DNA of 64,000 nucleotides from Octopus vulgaris. Lineage: Eukaryota. The notes under the pieces are model-generated. The model saw nothing but the letters and a program-made list of their open reading frames with translations, searched no databases and was not told the DNA's origin. The stretch spans positions 36,518,001 through 36,582,000 of the forward strand of contig OX597817.1 in the NCBI GenBank assembly GCA_951406725.2. Reading direction: 5' to 3'. Each line of letters opens with the position of its first letter. Within the stretch, counting starts at the first letter, position 1. Positions 51,768-64,000 of the stretch are shown here, piece by piece. Made by a program: the position numbers and the translations under genes.

Positions 51768-52087
51768 TGAGGAGGAGGAGACTCCCACTTCGGTCATGAA
51801 TTTGCACCTAGAATTTTACCCTCCGAGGCACAAGTCCGGGCAAGGTTGCTTGTGGAAGGTCAGCAGTCGCCCACGCATACCAGCTTCTCTCCACACCCCT
51901 GATGTTATGCAAGTGAAAGTCAAAGGCCGATACAGCTTGGCACCAGTGATGTCACAACTCATTTCTACAGCTGAGTTAACTGGAGCAACGTGAAATAAAG
52001 TGTCTTGCTCATGAAAACGACACGCAGCCCGGTCCAGGAATCAAACTCACAACCTCACGATCGTAAGCTCGACGCTCTAACCACTGA
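51768..52087 (-). mobile_element. SINE inserted in the Helitron ORF (same type as 32975)
   Basis: Matches 32975-33313; the Helitron peptide resumes at 52090. Confidence 0.85.
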
Positions 52088-53434
52088 CGATGTACATCCT
52101 TCCATTGAGCTTCACAGGTGAACCCTGCTATATGCATGAAAGGAGACAAGAGGCCATGACATATGTACGAAAATATGGAAGTCCAGATTTATTTATCGCT
52201 TTTACGTACAATGCGAAATGGCCTGAAATACAAAAGGAACTCTTTCTTGATCAACGAGTACATCATAGACATGATCTCATAGCACAGGTTGTATGTATGT
52301 ATGTATGTATGTATGTATGTATGTATGTATGTATGTATGTATGTATGTATGTATGTATGTATGTATGTATGTATGTATGTGTGTATGTTTGCCTGTCCTG
52401 GATATGCATTTAAACCGCATCAAGTAGTGGGTTTTTAGGAATTTAGAGCCACTCCTTAGCCACTATCGTTATTTGGTCTACTCTGACCCGGAGTAGTATT
52501 ACCTCTCAAAGCTATGGGTTAATTAGTATGTCACAGAATTGCTCCTGGAAGAATATCATTCACAAACATCTAAAAGGACCCAGATTAGATGAATCCCTTC
52601 ATCTCTTTACCTGTTCACCTAAGAGAAAGTAACTCTGTACAAATCCTGCATCCTGCAACTACTGGGCTCATAGCACTTGTTGCACCAAAACAATATAAAT
52701 GTGAAGTACGAGGGAGAGAGGCTCGCTTGCACAATCCATTCCCGCTATAATATTCATCACGCAGGTTGATCAGACAGCCAAGATACAACTACCACCAACA
52801 CCAACACCAACACCAACACCGCAACACTTTTTCCAAAAAACGTTAAACTACGATCACTGTACAGATATGTCTTGCTAAATAAGAATTCGTTGAAATGACG
52901 ACACTGAATATGTATGTGTGCACATATATATATATACATACATACATACATACGCACATACATATGCGTATATATATCAATACGTAATTGCATGTGTGTA
53001 TGTATGAATGTATATGTGTATATGTATATGTGAACATGTAAAGCGTAGTGTTGAATATATCGGTACCTGGTCTGCTTCAAAACATAACATTCCCGCATAA
53101 CCTTTTTATAGATTACCAACGAAATATTTCATATATTTATCCTTTATTAATTTTCGTTCCCTTCTGGTTTACACATAAATGCATGTTTAACAAAATATTA
53201 AAAAAAAACAAAACCAACCAAACAAACAAAAAATAACGAGAGAAATAACAAATAGCTAAAACATGAATAATACATCAGGAGTTAATGATCCGGCAATTTT
53301 CGTAAACCGGTGTAAATTTTTATTAACATTCCTCTTTCATAATAGGGTTTATTATTTTTCACTCAAAGAAAATCGATCAAAGAAAAGTGTGTATCGGAGA
53401 GAAAAATACAATAATAATAATAATAATAATAATG

Positions 53435-53470
<36 letters not shown>

Positions 53471-54996
53471 CTCTGGAAAGCCCATAACTTGATATTAAAT
53501 TCACATGCCCGAAGCAAAAGGTAATTTTGGTAGATATGAATGTGATAAGGTTTGTGAAGAAATGTAAACAACATCTAAGGTAAACTTCAAAAAATGAAAA
53601 TAAGTATGTTGACTATAAACATTGCGGATGCGGTGAAAAATATTAAAGAAAACAATGGAAGTGGTGCTTCTAGAGAATATTGTATTGAAGGAATAAAAAA
53701 AAATGAGCCTAACATAGTTCTGAGCTAATGCGTATATGCATGTAGCTTTTCTAGTGCTGTTTTATTAAATTGCTGCTTTAGAGAAAATGATAAAGTTTCC
53801 ACTAATGAAACAAATGAAATGAATATATAAATGAATATGAAGACGAAAACAGAATATGTCGATTAAAAAAAAAAAATCTTGATTGATTGAATTTTGTTGG
53901 GCAATTGGGGCAGGAGATGATAAATAAAAGCGAATTAATAAAGAAATGAAATAAATGGGGAAAAGAATCGTGAAGTAAAAACAAGGGTTTACGAAAGTAT
54001 TTGCTGGGAGGTAGGTAAATCTTTGATTAACTGTAGGATGTTGCTGATAAATGAGAGCGAGGGAAAAAATATAATAGAAATGATGTATCGGAAGAAGAAA
54101 ATGTCATTAGTTGAGAAAGTGAGGATATGAGCTGTACAAGATAAGTGTAACAGGAAAAACATTCAACAACAACAGTAACAACAGCAATATTGCTATTTGA
54201 ATCGAATGCAAAAATACAGAAAATATAGAAAAACAACACTACCATTAGCAATAGCACAAGGATGAAAAAAATATATAAAGCAAGAAGGAAAACGAGGAAA
54301 ATAGTTTTGTAAACGTTATTTACTGATTAATGCCAGAAAGAAGGGGAAAAAATTCAACAACCTTAAGGAGAAAAAGAAAACGATCGTTATAGGAAGGTAA
54401 GAAAAACAGGAAGTGAGATGAGTAGTAGGAGAAAAGTGGGGAAATGAAGGATTCAGAGGTGGAAAGCTGTGAATAATGCGTTTAATTGAAGGGAGAAAGT
54501 AGATGAGAAATATGCGAATGATTGAAGTGAGGGAGGATATCAGAAAAGTTTCAAGAATAATAAAATCTCATTGGCTTCTTATTTGCATAGCATTTGTTTT
54601 CTCTGATATCAAAACATTATGGACAAATGTTATCTCAGTTGAGTAAACGTAAGTGAAACAACGCAGTGTATCCAACACTTGAACCATCTTTTATTAGCCA
54701 GAACAGCAGAACAAATCAGTTCTGTTTTACATGCAGCTGCTGATGTTCCACGCAACATCCACGAAGACAAACATTTCTTCAACAACGCCACATTGTCCAA
54801 AAATTTTGTGATACTTATCTGCTTAATGATATTGCTTGTTCTGCAACTTATCATTTCTCTTTCTCAACTTTCCAATTCTCAAAGCAAGGCTATGTAGGTT
54901 ATCACTCAGAGCCTCTCAATAAATATTCTAGATTTCACTAAAGTTGAAGGAGACTATCGTAGAGAAAGGAACCACACTACTGGTGCCAATTATATT

Positions 54997-55097
<101 letters not shown>

Positions 55098-55124
55098 TTT
55101 ATTTTAAGCAGCAGAAAATTCAAC

Positions 55125-55172
55125 AAAATCTGTTACTCTGAGTTTCTCGTTGCCGTTCATCAGACAGTTTTT
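55125..55172 (-). ncRNA. Minimal type I hammerhead ribozyme
   Basis: Minus strand AAAACTGT-CTGATGA-ACG-GCAA-CGA-GAAA-CTC-A-GAG-TA-ACAG-ATTTT: full CUGAUGA/GAAA core, GUA cleavage triplet, stem I CTGT/ACAG, stem III with a 1-nt loop; stem II has one mismatch. Confidence 0.75.
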
Positions 55173-56264
55173 GCTAGAATGGAACATATATATTAATTCA
55201 ATCTATACTCTTACAAACGCTACACCTTTAAAAAGAAATGGACTTGTTTGATTGGCCCTTTAGAAAAAACGGTCAATCTTCGAGCGATAAACAAAAAGGT
55301 CAAAAATATATGTATATATATATAAAAAAACTTATAAAAATTATAAAATCCGAGGAAAAAACCGAGGAAAAAACCTATTGCCGTTAATGAAGACAGTACA
55401 AATTAATGCATAGAAATTAAACCTGTTATAAATACTGCAATACATATTTATATTAAAATCCACATATATATATCAACATACACAAAAGGATGCGCGTAAA
55501 CGCCATACATACATATACAGACGTATGAATATGAATCTAAATTATACACATAAAAGCATGTGTACATATATTCACGCAAACCGTCTCGCACGCAAGCTAA
55601 AATTCATCTATGTAGCAATTCTCATATACTGAGCAAGGAGGGGGAACGAAAGAAAGGGAAAGAGAGAAGAAGGAACGAAGGAGGGGTGGGGAAAAAACTT
55701 GTAGCGATATTATTGGCATCTATAGAGGCCAGTATACATACACAAGTTTGAATTGATACATATACATACCGTCGTGTGTATGCGTGCTTAAGCACAAGCA
55801 TACTTTCACTTACACATACACAGGTACGCATGCTTACAAATATATATGCTTTGCTATACACAAACTTATATAAACATTCTAAATTTGACAACATTGCTTT
55901 TTTTTAAAAAACATTGCTTTTAAAAAATGGGTGCATTAATAAAAATATATACGAAAGACATATAAAATAAAATATAACATCCTATTTTGGGTCATTTATA
56001 AATAATCAAGGTAATATAAATAATCAAGGTAATCTTATGCAATACAATAACATGAAAACAAAGTTTGTAGGTTTTTCCTAATATATATGTAGAAACAATA
56101 AGACTTTGCTATAGGTCCGTCGTAGCGCTCAAGAGTCAAAATCAAAATCAAAAAATCAAAATACAAAATATATACTCTATCCATATGGTATATTTATATT
56201 CGACATTTTAAATTTAGCCGTGTGCCTACATAAGTTCATTAATTCACTTCTTTGATTCAAAGAA

Positions 56265-56712
56265 TTATTGTCTTTGAATAATATGTACATTTTTTTCTAA
56301 TAAGCAAAGCCTGCACTTGAAATTATATTTGTAAGCTCCATGCCTGTATGGTGCCGCCCTGTCCAGAATGCTCCATGTCACGTTGAAAGGTGGGGCTTCC
56401 TTTTCTTTTAGTTCCCAGACATATTTTGCTAGGCTGGTTTTCTTTCTGTTCTCTGGGTATTTAAAAGAATTCTTATGAGAATAAAATCTTGTTTTAAATG
56501 AATTTTCTGAAGCCCCTGTGTATGTCTTGTATTCCGATGAGCCTTCCACTTGCACCTTGGCTCTATAAACTACTCCTTTCACTAGACATTTCCCTTCTAA
56601 CGGACAGGAGCTTTCGTTTTTGAAATTACATTTCTTAATGGGCTCGGCACCATGTCTAATCTCAATTAGCTTCCTATTATGTTGGCTAATGTAAGAGGCG
56701 AAATTTCTGCAA
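56265..56712 (-). pseudogene. Penelope-like GIY-YIG endonuclease domain
   Basis: CNFKNESSCPLEGKCL, GVVYRAKV...KTYTGASENSFKTRFYSH, TSLAKYVWELK, CRLCLLEK. Confidence 0.9.
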
Positions 56713-56715
56713 AGA

Positions 56716-57147
56716 TTCGAACCATCCACCAGTTATCCTTAGCAACTTAGTCAGCAATGTAGGTAGAAGAATATCTTCAATTTCTTCGGACGAGGCAGCA
56801 TTCCATAATGCTGCACCTTATTACGATAGCGCATTAAAGAATAGTGGATTCTCGGAGAAGATCCAGTTCAACCAGCTTAATGCTAATAATAATGCTGCAC
56901 GAAGAACTAGGACCAGGAAAGTTTTGTGGTTCAACCCGGCTTTCAATTTGGCCGTAAAGACTAATATAGGTAAGGAATTTTTGAGATTAGTCTCTAAGCA
57001 TTTTAGGCAGGGTCATAAATTCTACAGAATATTTAATAGAAGAACCCTGAAGGTTAGCTATTCTTGTTGCAGAAATTTCGCCTCTTACATTAGCCAACAT
57101 AATAGGAAGCTAATTGAGATTAGACATGGTGCCGAGCCCATTAAGAA
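56716..57147 (+). pseudogene. Inverted Penelope RT C-terminal/linker segment
   Basis: NHPP..RRISSISSDEAAFHNAAPYYDSALKNSG..WFNPAFNLAVKTNIGKEFLRLVSKHF..IFNRRTLKVSYSC, typical of Neptune-type PLEs. Confidence 0.85.
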
Positions 57148-57222
57148 CTAGAACGTAGAGGCAGACGAAATACCCCTAAGCATTTTCCCCGGCGTGCTAA
57201 TGTTTCTGCCAGCTCGCCGCCT
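57148..57222 (-). mobile_element. SINE group 2 head fragment
   Basis: GGCGGCGAGCTGGCAGAAACATTAGCACGCCGGG on the minus strand. Confidence 0.75.
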
Positions 57223-57734
57223 TAAGGTCAGAGAGACCACGTTGGTTTTGGCTTCGATCTTTCGTACGAAATTGTCGGGTATGTTGAAATTCCTCATTAA
57301 CGACGTAGAGCGTAGTATGTATCATTTGTAAATCATAACGATATATATTGATCATCGCTGATATATGGAGAAAAAATGTTCGAAGATACCATTCTAAGGC
57401 GAAGAAATAATGTAGAAATCTCGCGTTATTAATTCATATATCCACAGAAATGCATATATATTGATGTCATTTATGTAGACATGAAGCCAAAGCCTTCGCA
57501 TGACAGCTTATTTCATGTAATATAGATGGAAATAAAGACCATCAAAACTAACAGGATTAGTGTGTCCTGAAAAGAAACCACTAATGAAATTAATTTGCTT
57601 TGAATAAAGTCGATGTGTCATGAATTCTCTTCGGGGATTTTCTTAACAAGCTCTGTTAGATGTTCTATCTAAGCAGTATATTATTAAGAAGCAAGTAGTC
57701 AATATCGTGTTGAGAAAACGGTCGTAATGACTGC

Positions 57735-57790
<56 letters not shown>

Positions 57791-57842
57791 AAAGAAATTG
57801 CTGTAGAGAGGGTGAGACAGAAAGAAAGAAATAACTGCAGAA

Positions 57843-57881
<39 letters not shown>

Positions 57882-58090
57882 TATATAGACAGATAGAAAG
57901 AAAGTGAGAAACAACGATACTTAAAAGAGTATTATTTCATAACGGCACGGTTTTCAGTACTTTGTAGGCGTTAAAACAACGCTTTTGTTATAGTATAGGA
58001 TGCATTGAAAAATTTTATTTCTGCAGAATATTATACAGAAATTTACAAGTTTAATGATTCATCAATAAATTTCAGTATTCATCAATATAA

Positions 58091-58175
<85 letters not shown>

Positions 58176-58291
58176 GAAAAGCAAGGGATGGAAAGATGAA
58201 ATTCAGACAATTTTGTAAAGGAATTACATACATTGGAGCATCGCAGTATTATATGATAGCGAAGCAATTAACTTAACTTTATATATATATA

Positions 58292-58520
58292 TATATATAA
58301 TTATAATAAAGGGTTATTTGCAACAAGTAGATCCAAAGTAGACTGTGTGATTTCGTTGTCTTCCTTCTTTTTACCATATACGGGTTACAAATACTGTTGT
58401 TTGTGGAGACTTATTTTTGTAGTAATAGTAATGGTAACCTATTTGGCTGCTATTTCTAATATTTTCGGTATGTGAATTAAGCAACTTGTTGCAAATAACC
58501 CTTTATTATAATTATATATA
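58292..58520. mobile_element. MITE-like element with about 37-bp perfect inverted ends within (TA)n
   Basis: TATATAATTATAATAAAGGGTTATTTGCAACAAGT (to 58328) and its reverse complement at 58484-58520. Confidence 0.72.
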
Positions 58521-58616
58521 ATTTTTACCGAATATGGTCCTTTCCATACCGAAAAACTACTAGGTGAAATTTATTAATTTTATTAAATTAATTATATTTC
58601 ACCCTTTATATGTATC

Positions 58617-58671
<55 letters not shown>

Positions 58672-58763
58672 TTCGTGGTTAAAATCCAAGCTTTGCCCTC
58701 TTGAAACACATCGGCTTATACCAGTATTCCAAATCAGTATATAGCTGGTATATTATTTTTCCA

Positions 58764-58940
58764 AATTACTAAGGTGGCAACCTGGCAGTATTTCGTCTGT
58801 CTTTACGTTGTGAGCTCAAATTCTGCCGAGGCCGACTTTGCATTTCATCCTTTTCGGATCGATAAATTAAGTACCAGTGGCGTACTGGGATCGGTCTAAT
58901 CGACTGATCCCCACCTCGGTCCTTGTGCATAGAGTAGAAA
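58764..58940 (+). mobile_element. SINE group 2 monomer with a 14-bp TSD
   Basis: ATATTATTTTTCCA at 58750-58763 and 58941-58954; core motif present. Confidence 0.85.
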
Positions 58941-58974
58941 ATATTATTTTTCCAGAATCCTATTTTGATATATA

Positions 58975-59785
58975 CGTGGTTTGATCAATAACTGCCCGGA
59001 CTGTTGCAATAGCAACGAAACTAAAGCATTCAGAGTGAATCAGCCTGGCACAGATTGACCTGGAACTCTGCTGTGCATGTGCGCTAAGTTATAACGTTCT
59101 CGCACCCTCTGCTGTTTACTCCAGTGTTTGGAAGAAAGGTACGTAGCGTGTTATCGTCGCATTGACCTTGACAAAGTTGAGTAGAGAATCTGCATCAAAT
59201 TTTGTCAAAAGCTTGACGATATCTGCTCAGAAGCCTGCGCAAAGTTTTCAGTTGTTATCAAAGTTTGCATTGTTATCGATACAATCAAGGAGATGTTGTG
59301 CAACTGAAACCCGAGGGCATTTTGGGTCAGCTGTAAGCAGTTTTGGCACAATCTTGGCAGAGACGCGTCTCATACCCAAATCTATAGTGATAATGGACAG
59401 AAATGAGCCGTAACTAATCTGCACATCCTTTGATAGCTCACAGATGGCGATCCGACGATTTCCCCTCACAGCTGTACGCACATCTGCGATGTTTTTCTCA
59501 GTTCTACTGGTTGCGGATCTCCCAGAACATTCGTCAATATCGACATTTTTTCAGCCATCTTCGAAACGTCTGAAACACTCATGCTCTCGTATGCGGCTCA
59601 TACACTTCTCTCCAAACACTTTCTGCAACTTTGCGTTGGCCTCTAAGCAGGTATCACCATGACAACTTTGTCTGTCATGGTCACTGCAACGACCACACCC
59701 TACACACGTTCCTTACAAGCACTGCTCTAAACAGAGAATGTGAGCTAAAACGTTAACAATTAATGCGCATGATAGATTCGCCATG
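58975..59785. mobile_element. Two 5' halves of a mariner family facing each other
   Basis: Plus arm: TA|CGTGGTTTGATCAATAA.. end and RICIKFCQKL (to about 59247); minus arm 59248-59785: matching 5' UTR, HTH and RRVSAKIVPKLLT. Confidence 0.78.
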
Positions 59786-59789
59786 ATAG

Positions 59790-59948
59790 CCACTACACAT
59801 TCTTTATTTTCTCTCCTTGTTTCTTTCTGTGGAAGAGCCTAGACTCGAAACGTTAAGACTTTTATCCTTTCCCGAGCGTTATACTAATACATCTGTTTGT
59901 TGTCTACACCACCGGTCTTCGTCTTTTGCTTTTTTTGTGAATTCTCCC

Positions 59949-59949
<1 letters not shown>
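59790..59949 (+). mobile_element. Short pseudo-LTR-like element with a hammerhead-like motif, abutting (TA)n
   Basis: CTTT-CTGTGGA-A-GAGC-CTAG-ACTC-GAAAC-GTT-AAGA at about 59823-59858; homologous to 48308-48500. Confidence 0.62.
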
Positions 59950-60045
<96 letters not shown>

Positions 60046-60068
60046 TGGGGTGTTTGTGCATGTGTGTA

Positions 60069-61353
60069 TCAGGTCATCCCATATGTTCTCTCCGAATTCT
60101 GAATAAAGAATACAAATGTTCAAATGTTATATTTAATTGAAATTTAATCATCAATGTACTTTCCCTGATATTATCTGTGACTTCCTTCCATCTTTTTACA
60201 AGCTTTTTAATCCAATCAATGTAAAACTCTTTTAGTTTCAAAGCGAAGAACTCTGAAATACCAGTTTCGACCTCCTCTTGGATTGCGAAAATTATGCCCC
60301 CGAAATGATTCTGTAAACTACGAAACAAATGGTAGTCTGAAGGAGCAAGGTCGGGAGAATACGGTGAATAAGGATTTTCTTCCTAACCAAGCTCTTCGAT
60401 CTTCTATGATATGATCTTTGCAGTGTGGGGTCACGCATTGTCTTGATGAAACATCACTCCTTTTCGATTCACTGAAGCGCGTCTTTTTTTCTTCAAAGCT
60501 TGACTCAAACGCTATAATTGCTGACAGTAGACTTGATCATTGGTTGTTGCATTAGGGGGTAACAATTCAAAGTGAACTACTCCTTTGCAATCCCACCAGG
60601 TGGAGAGAACCTTTTTCCCATGAAGTTCCCTTCTCGGTTGTGGTTGAACTGTTTTCCTTTTACGAAGCCACTGTTTACGACGTTTAACACTTCGATAGAA
60701 GATCCATTTTTCGTCACCAGTCACAAGTTTATCCAAAAAGGGCGAAATGAGTTCACAAGAATAGAGAGTATGGCAGAGGTCAACTCGGGATTTGCGATTG
60801 TTATCGGACAATTCATGAGGCGCCCATTTTCCAAATCTAGGAACCTTTCCAAGTTGTTGAAGGTAACGATGAACAGTTGTATAGTTTGAACTAACTTTAA
60901 TTGACAATTCTTCAACTGATAATGCAGGATTTTCTTCAAGTAATGCCTCAAGGACCTTATCATCAATCTCAACTGAACGTCCTCTTCGATCTTCATCTTC
61001 AAGGCTGAAATCTTCACTTCTGGATTTTGCAAACTATCTTTTGCGAGTTCTTTCATTCAAGCAGTCTTTCCCATAAACTGAGTGTACGTTTCGAGCCGCT
61101 TCAGCTGCAGAGTTTCCTTTTTTGTACTCATAAAGAATTATGTGCCTCAAATGCTCTTTAGATACTTCCATATTAGAAAGGGTTTTAATCAAAGAAATTT
61201 AATTCTATTATTCTGTAAAATAACATTTAATTAGTTTAAATATACACAAATACATAAAAATAATTTAAAATTCCATTAGAGACTCTAAAATACTATTAAA
61301 GTTCATTCAATTTTCAAAAAGGGAAAATCGGACAGAACTTATGGGATGACCTG

Positions 61354-61354
<1 letters not shown>
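60069..61354 (-). mobile_element. Full-length decayed mariner (DD34D)
   Basis: 30-bp TIRs TCAGGTCATCCCATA(T/A)GTTCT(C/G)TCCGA(A/T)TT, flanking TA; ATG at 61171 (MEVSKEHLRHIILYEY), KWAPHEL, VTGDEKW, HQDNA, YSPDLAPSDYHLF; stops and frameshifts. Confidence 0.93.
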
Positions 61355-61384
<30 letters not shown>

Positions 61385-61607
61385 CATTGGTAAACAGACA
61401 GATATACATATGTTAACATATACACGTATACGCATATAAGGCGAGAGAGGGGAAGAGGTAGAGAGTGAGATCTATTTGTCCCGTAAACTAGGGCAGTAGT
61501 CCGACAACTGCAATCGACTTGGTTATAGTACAGCTTCAATAGCTTTAATTTGACTGTTACAGGACAAAGTATACGTGATTTTGGGATATACTTCATGCGG
61601 GTCACCA

Positions 61608-61799
61608 TTCTTATTTATTAATAGCACACAAGGGGACAAACAAGGACAGACATAGGTATTAAGTCGATTACATCGACCCCAGTGCGTAACTGGTACTTAA
61701 TTAATCGACGCCGAAAGGAATTTAAACTCAGAACGTAGCGACAGACGAAATACCGCTAAGAATTTCGCCCGGCGTGCTTAAGTTTCTACCAGCTCGCCG
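61608..61799 (-). mobile_element. SINE group 2, internally deleted
   Basis: Head GCGGCGAGCTGGTAGAAAC and tail GTCCTTGTTTGTCCCC on the minus strand. Confidence 0.8.
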
Positions 61800-63349
61800 C
61801 TATTCTATAGAAGAATTATGCGTCACTATTCTATGGAAGAAGGAATTGGTGAAAGTTGCATTTTCGCGAATTTTAAGCTGCAAGTTTGGTGGGCTTCAGT
61901 CTTGGTGAGACAATCAGCTCTAATGAAAAAAGAGGCATAAAAGGAAGCAGAACGTCTATGTGCCAGAGTTTGCCACATGTTCTATTAAAAAATATAAGGA
62001 CCATAAATTATAATTTAGTCCCTTTAGATCGTAGAGAATTGTGAGAGTAATAAAACCAATTACGGTTTGTATTTCTGTTCAGTTTGTGCTTGAAAATGGG
62101 GATGTTTTCATTATTCTAATTTCTTAATTCGTCTACAATCTACTATACACGTGCAATGGTCACGGTTTTATTGATAGGCTTAATTGAGATGTTTCTCATC
62201 TTCTTAATTTAACCATTGTACAAGTCGCATATAAAGGCACAAGCCCTTCAAAATGATCACTATGTCAATATAAGTTCGTTGACGATAGCAAATGTACTCT
62301 CTTCATCTTTTCGTTGTTCGACTTCTTGTGTTGACCCTCTTCCATAGGCTCATTTATTATGCTATTTAGCAATTAAGTTCCATTCACATTCTTTAACTAA
62401 ACTATGTATTCATACAGTTAAACATGTAGACAAAGGTATCTTAATATTATCCAATAATTAGAGACATTTGTATTCATTATAGCCGAAACATTCCACAACA
62501 AATACCACTGAACAATTTACAATTTGCTGTTTATAGCTATTTATCTCCAATAATAAACCAATTTAGAAGTTATTATATAATCCAAACGAGCGATCATCTC
62601 CCGCTAAACTTAATATGACTACGTAGGAAACAAAAGCACTCTGTATAATAGCATTTAAAAGGAGAGACTAGACTTACTTCAAATATGCAACATCTCCATT
62701 AACATGGTTTATCACTGAATTTAAACTGAAAGGGCAATTAAAACCTTCCCTTTCACGTTATAGATGTGCAGAAAGAAGTGTGCCAGAAATGCTATAATAG
62801 TTTTAAATGGGTTTACTAGAACGAACACATCGTTTAAAGGTATTATTAATCGCAATGACATAAAGTTGTTTTCTATGCTTAATTTTGCTAGCATCTATCT
62901 CTGAAATATAGAACTCTGAGAATAAGGATGTTTTCTTAACCTTGCAGACAGATATACAGAGACATTTAATTCACTCAGCTGCGTTTTCGTCTTCTTTGAA
63001 CACAAAGAAGTCTGTGTCTTACACCATTTACATAAGACTATAGTAAATCTGATTAGTAGTCAACCGACAGAAGATATTTTTCACGAAGTTCATTTAAATG
63101 GATTTCCATAGCTTCATATCAGCCCTTTCGTTTAAAAGATAGTAGAATAATTTTTTTAAAATTCTTAGAGAAATGCCAGTTACTCAATTATTCACACACG
63201 CATGCACACACATATATGCGCGCATACACTCATATTCTCTCCATCATGCATTCATTGTTCTTCATTTCTACGTACCACTTTCTTAAAGCTAGGATATAAC
63301 GAATAAGCGTAAGTTTAGTTCTATTTAAGCTAATTTCATTTGACAAGTG

Positions 63350-63500
63350 TTTCATCGTCGTGTGGCCAATGAAAAGGAAAGATGTATGATAATCGACATA
63401 GCATGCCTCGGTGACAACATGATAAATGTGAAACAAGAAAAAACTAAACAGCTATGAGGATTTGAAGTGGGGGATACGAAGGTTGTGGTCAACGTAACAA
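63350..63500 (+). mobile_element. Fragment of a Dong/R4 restriction-like endonuclease
   Basis: NEKERCMIIDIACLGDNMINVKQEK..YEDLKWGIRRLW resembles LIDVSIPADDNVSLKEMEKLSKYKDLEIEVTRMW. Confidence 0.7.
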
Positions 63501-63744
63501 GAAAAGAAATGTGATCGAGGAATAAGCGAGGACACATACTTGCATGCATACATACATACATACAAACATACATACATACATACATACATACATAAACGCA
63601 CACGCACACACACACCAATTATCATGTATATCATCACCTTTTCAAATAATGTGATGATATGGGATGTGAGTGAAATTGGTTGATAGTTGACTGCGTGAGA
63701 TCTGTTCCTCCATTTGAAGGCCGAGATGACAGATTGAAGATATC

Positions 63745-63868
63745 TGTATGTATGTGTGTGTGTATGTACGTACGTATGTATGTATGTATGTATGTATGTA
63801 TGTATGTATGTATGTGTATGTATGTATGTATGTATGTATGTATGTATGTACGTATGTATGCATATGTA

Positions 63869-63923
<55 letters not shown>

Positions 63924-63942
63924 ATATCTCTCTATCTCTCTC

Positions 63943-64000
<58 letters not shown>
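63745..64000. repeat. (TATG)n/(TCTA)n microsatellite
   Basis: Directly visible. Confidence 0.97.

Larger units (their letters stand above)
49365..52290 (+). mobile_element. Decayed autonomous-type Helitron 5' portion (Rep-Hel N-terminus up to Rep motif 1), interrupted by a SINE and ending at (TATG)n
   Basis: CYYCDGKK..EPPPLCCRSGK zinc finger; NNAFQMTSFG..GGFMPTFTIKG; FQQFVVDMYAKIELERL; ILPLSFTGEPCYMHERRQEAMTYVRKYGSPDLFIAFTYNAKWPEI; the 5' boundary is approximate. Confidence 0.88.

Noticed and set aside
54600-54900. Overlapping 72-74 aa ORFs as a possible exon
   Set aside because: No recognisable homology or splice evidence

Overview
This is AT-rich, microsatellite-dense eukaryotic DNA. The SINE families and repeat landscape suggest an octopus or other coleoid cephalopod (inference). 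I find no recognisable host gene, rRNA, true tRNA or CRISPR array; the window looks intergenic or intronic, and almost all listed ORFs are simple-repeat artefacts or transposon debris. DNA transposons: a rosa/DD41D-type Tc1/mariner (2650-3936), a DD34D mariner (60069-61354), two facing mariner 5' halves (58975-59785), an internally deleted Merlin with an 8-bp TSD whose left TIR has expanded into a 30-bp tandem array (5673-6727), an autonomous-type Helitron remnant (49365-52290), a non-autonomous Helitron (32202-32590) and a MITE (58292-58520). Retroelements: many R4/Dong-clade RLE non-LTR fragments, mostly bounded by (AAT)n arrays, an RTE 3' end nested in one of them, three groups of tRNA-derived SINEs, and a Penelope-like GIY-YIG element with an inverted 5' segment (55097-57147). 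Most notable: (i) a canonical minimal hammerhead ribozyme at the Penelope terminus, plus three hammerhead-like motifs with covarying stems but non-canonical cores in short elements next to (TA)n; (ii) SINE multimers with a recurrent tail-to-internal-head junction, one bracketed by a single TSD; (iii) a hairpin-rich 240-bp element of unknown type at 20848-21088. Coordinates were read by eye and the ends of degenerate elements are approximate.
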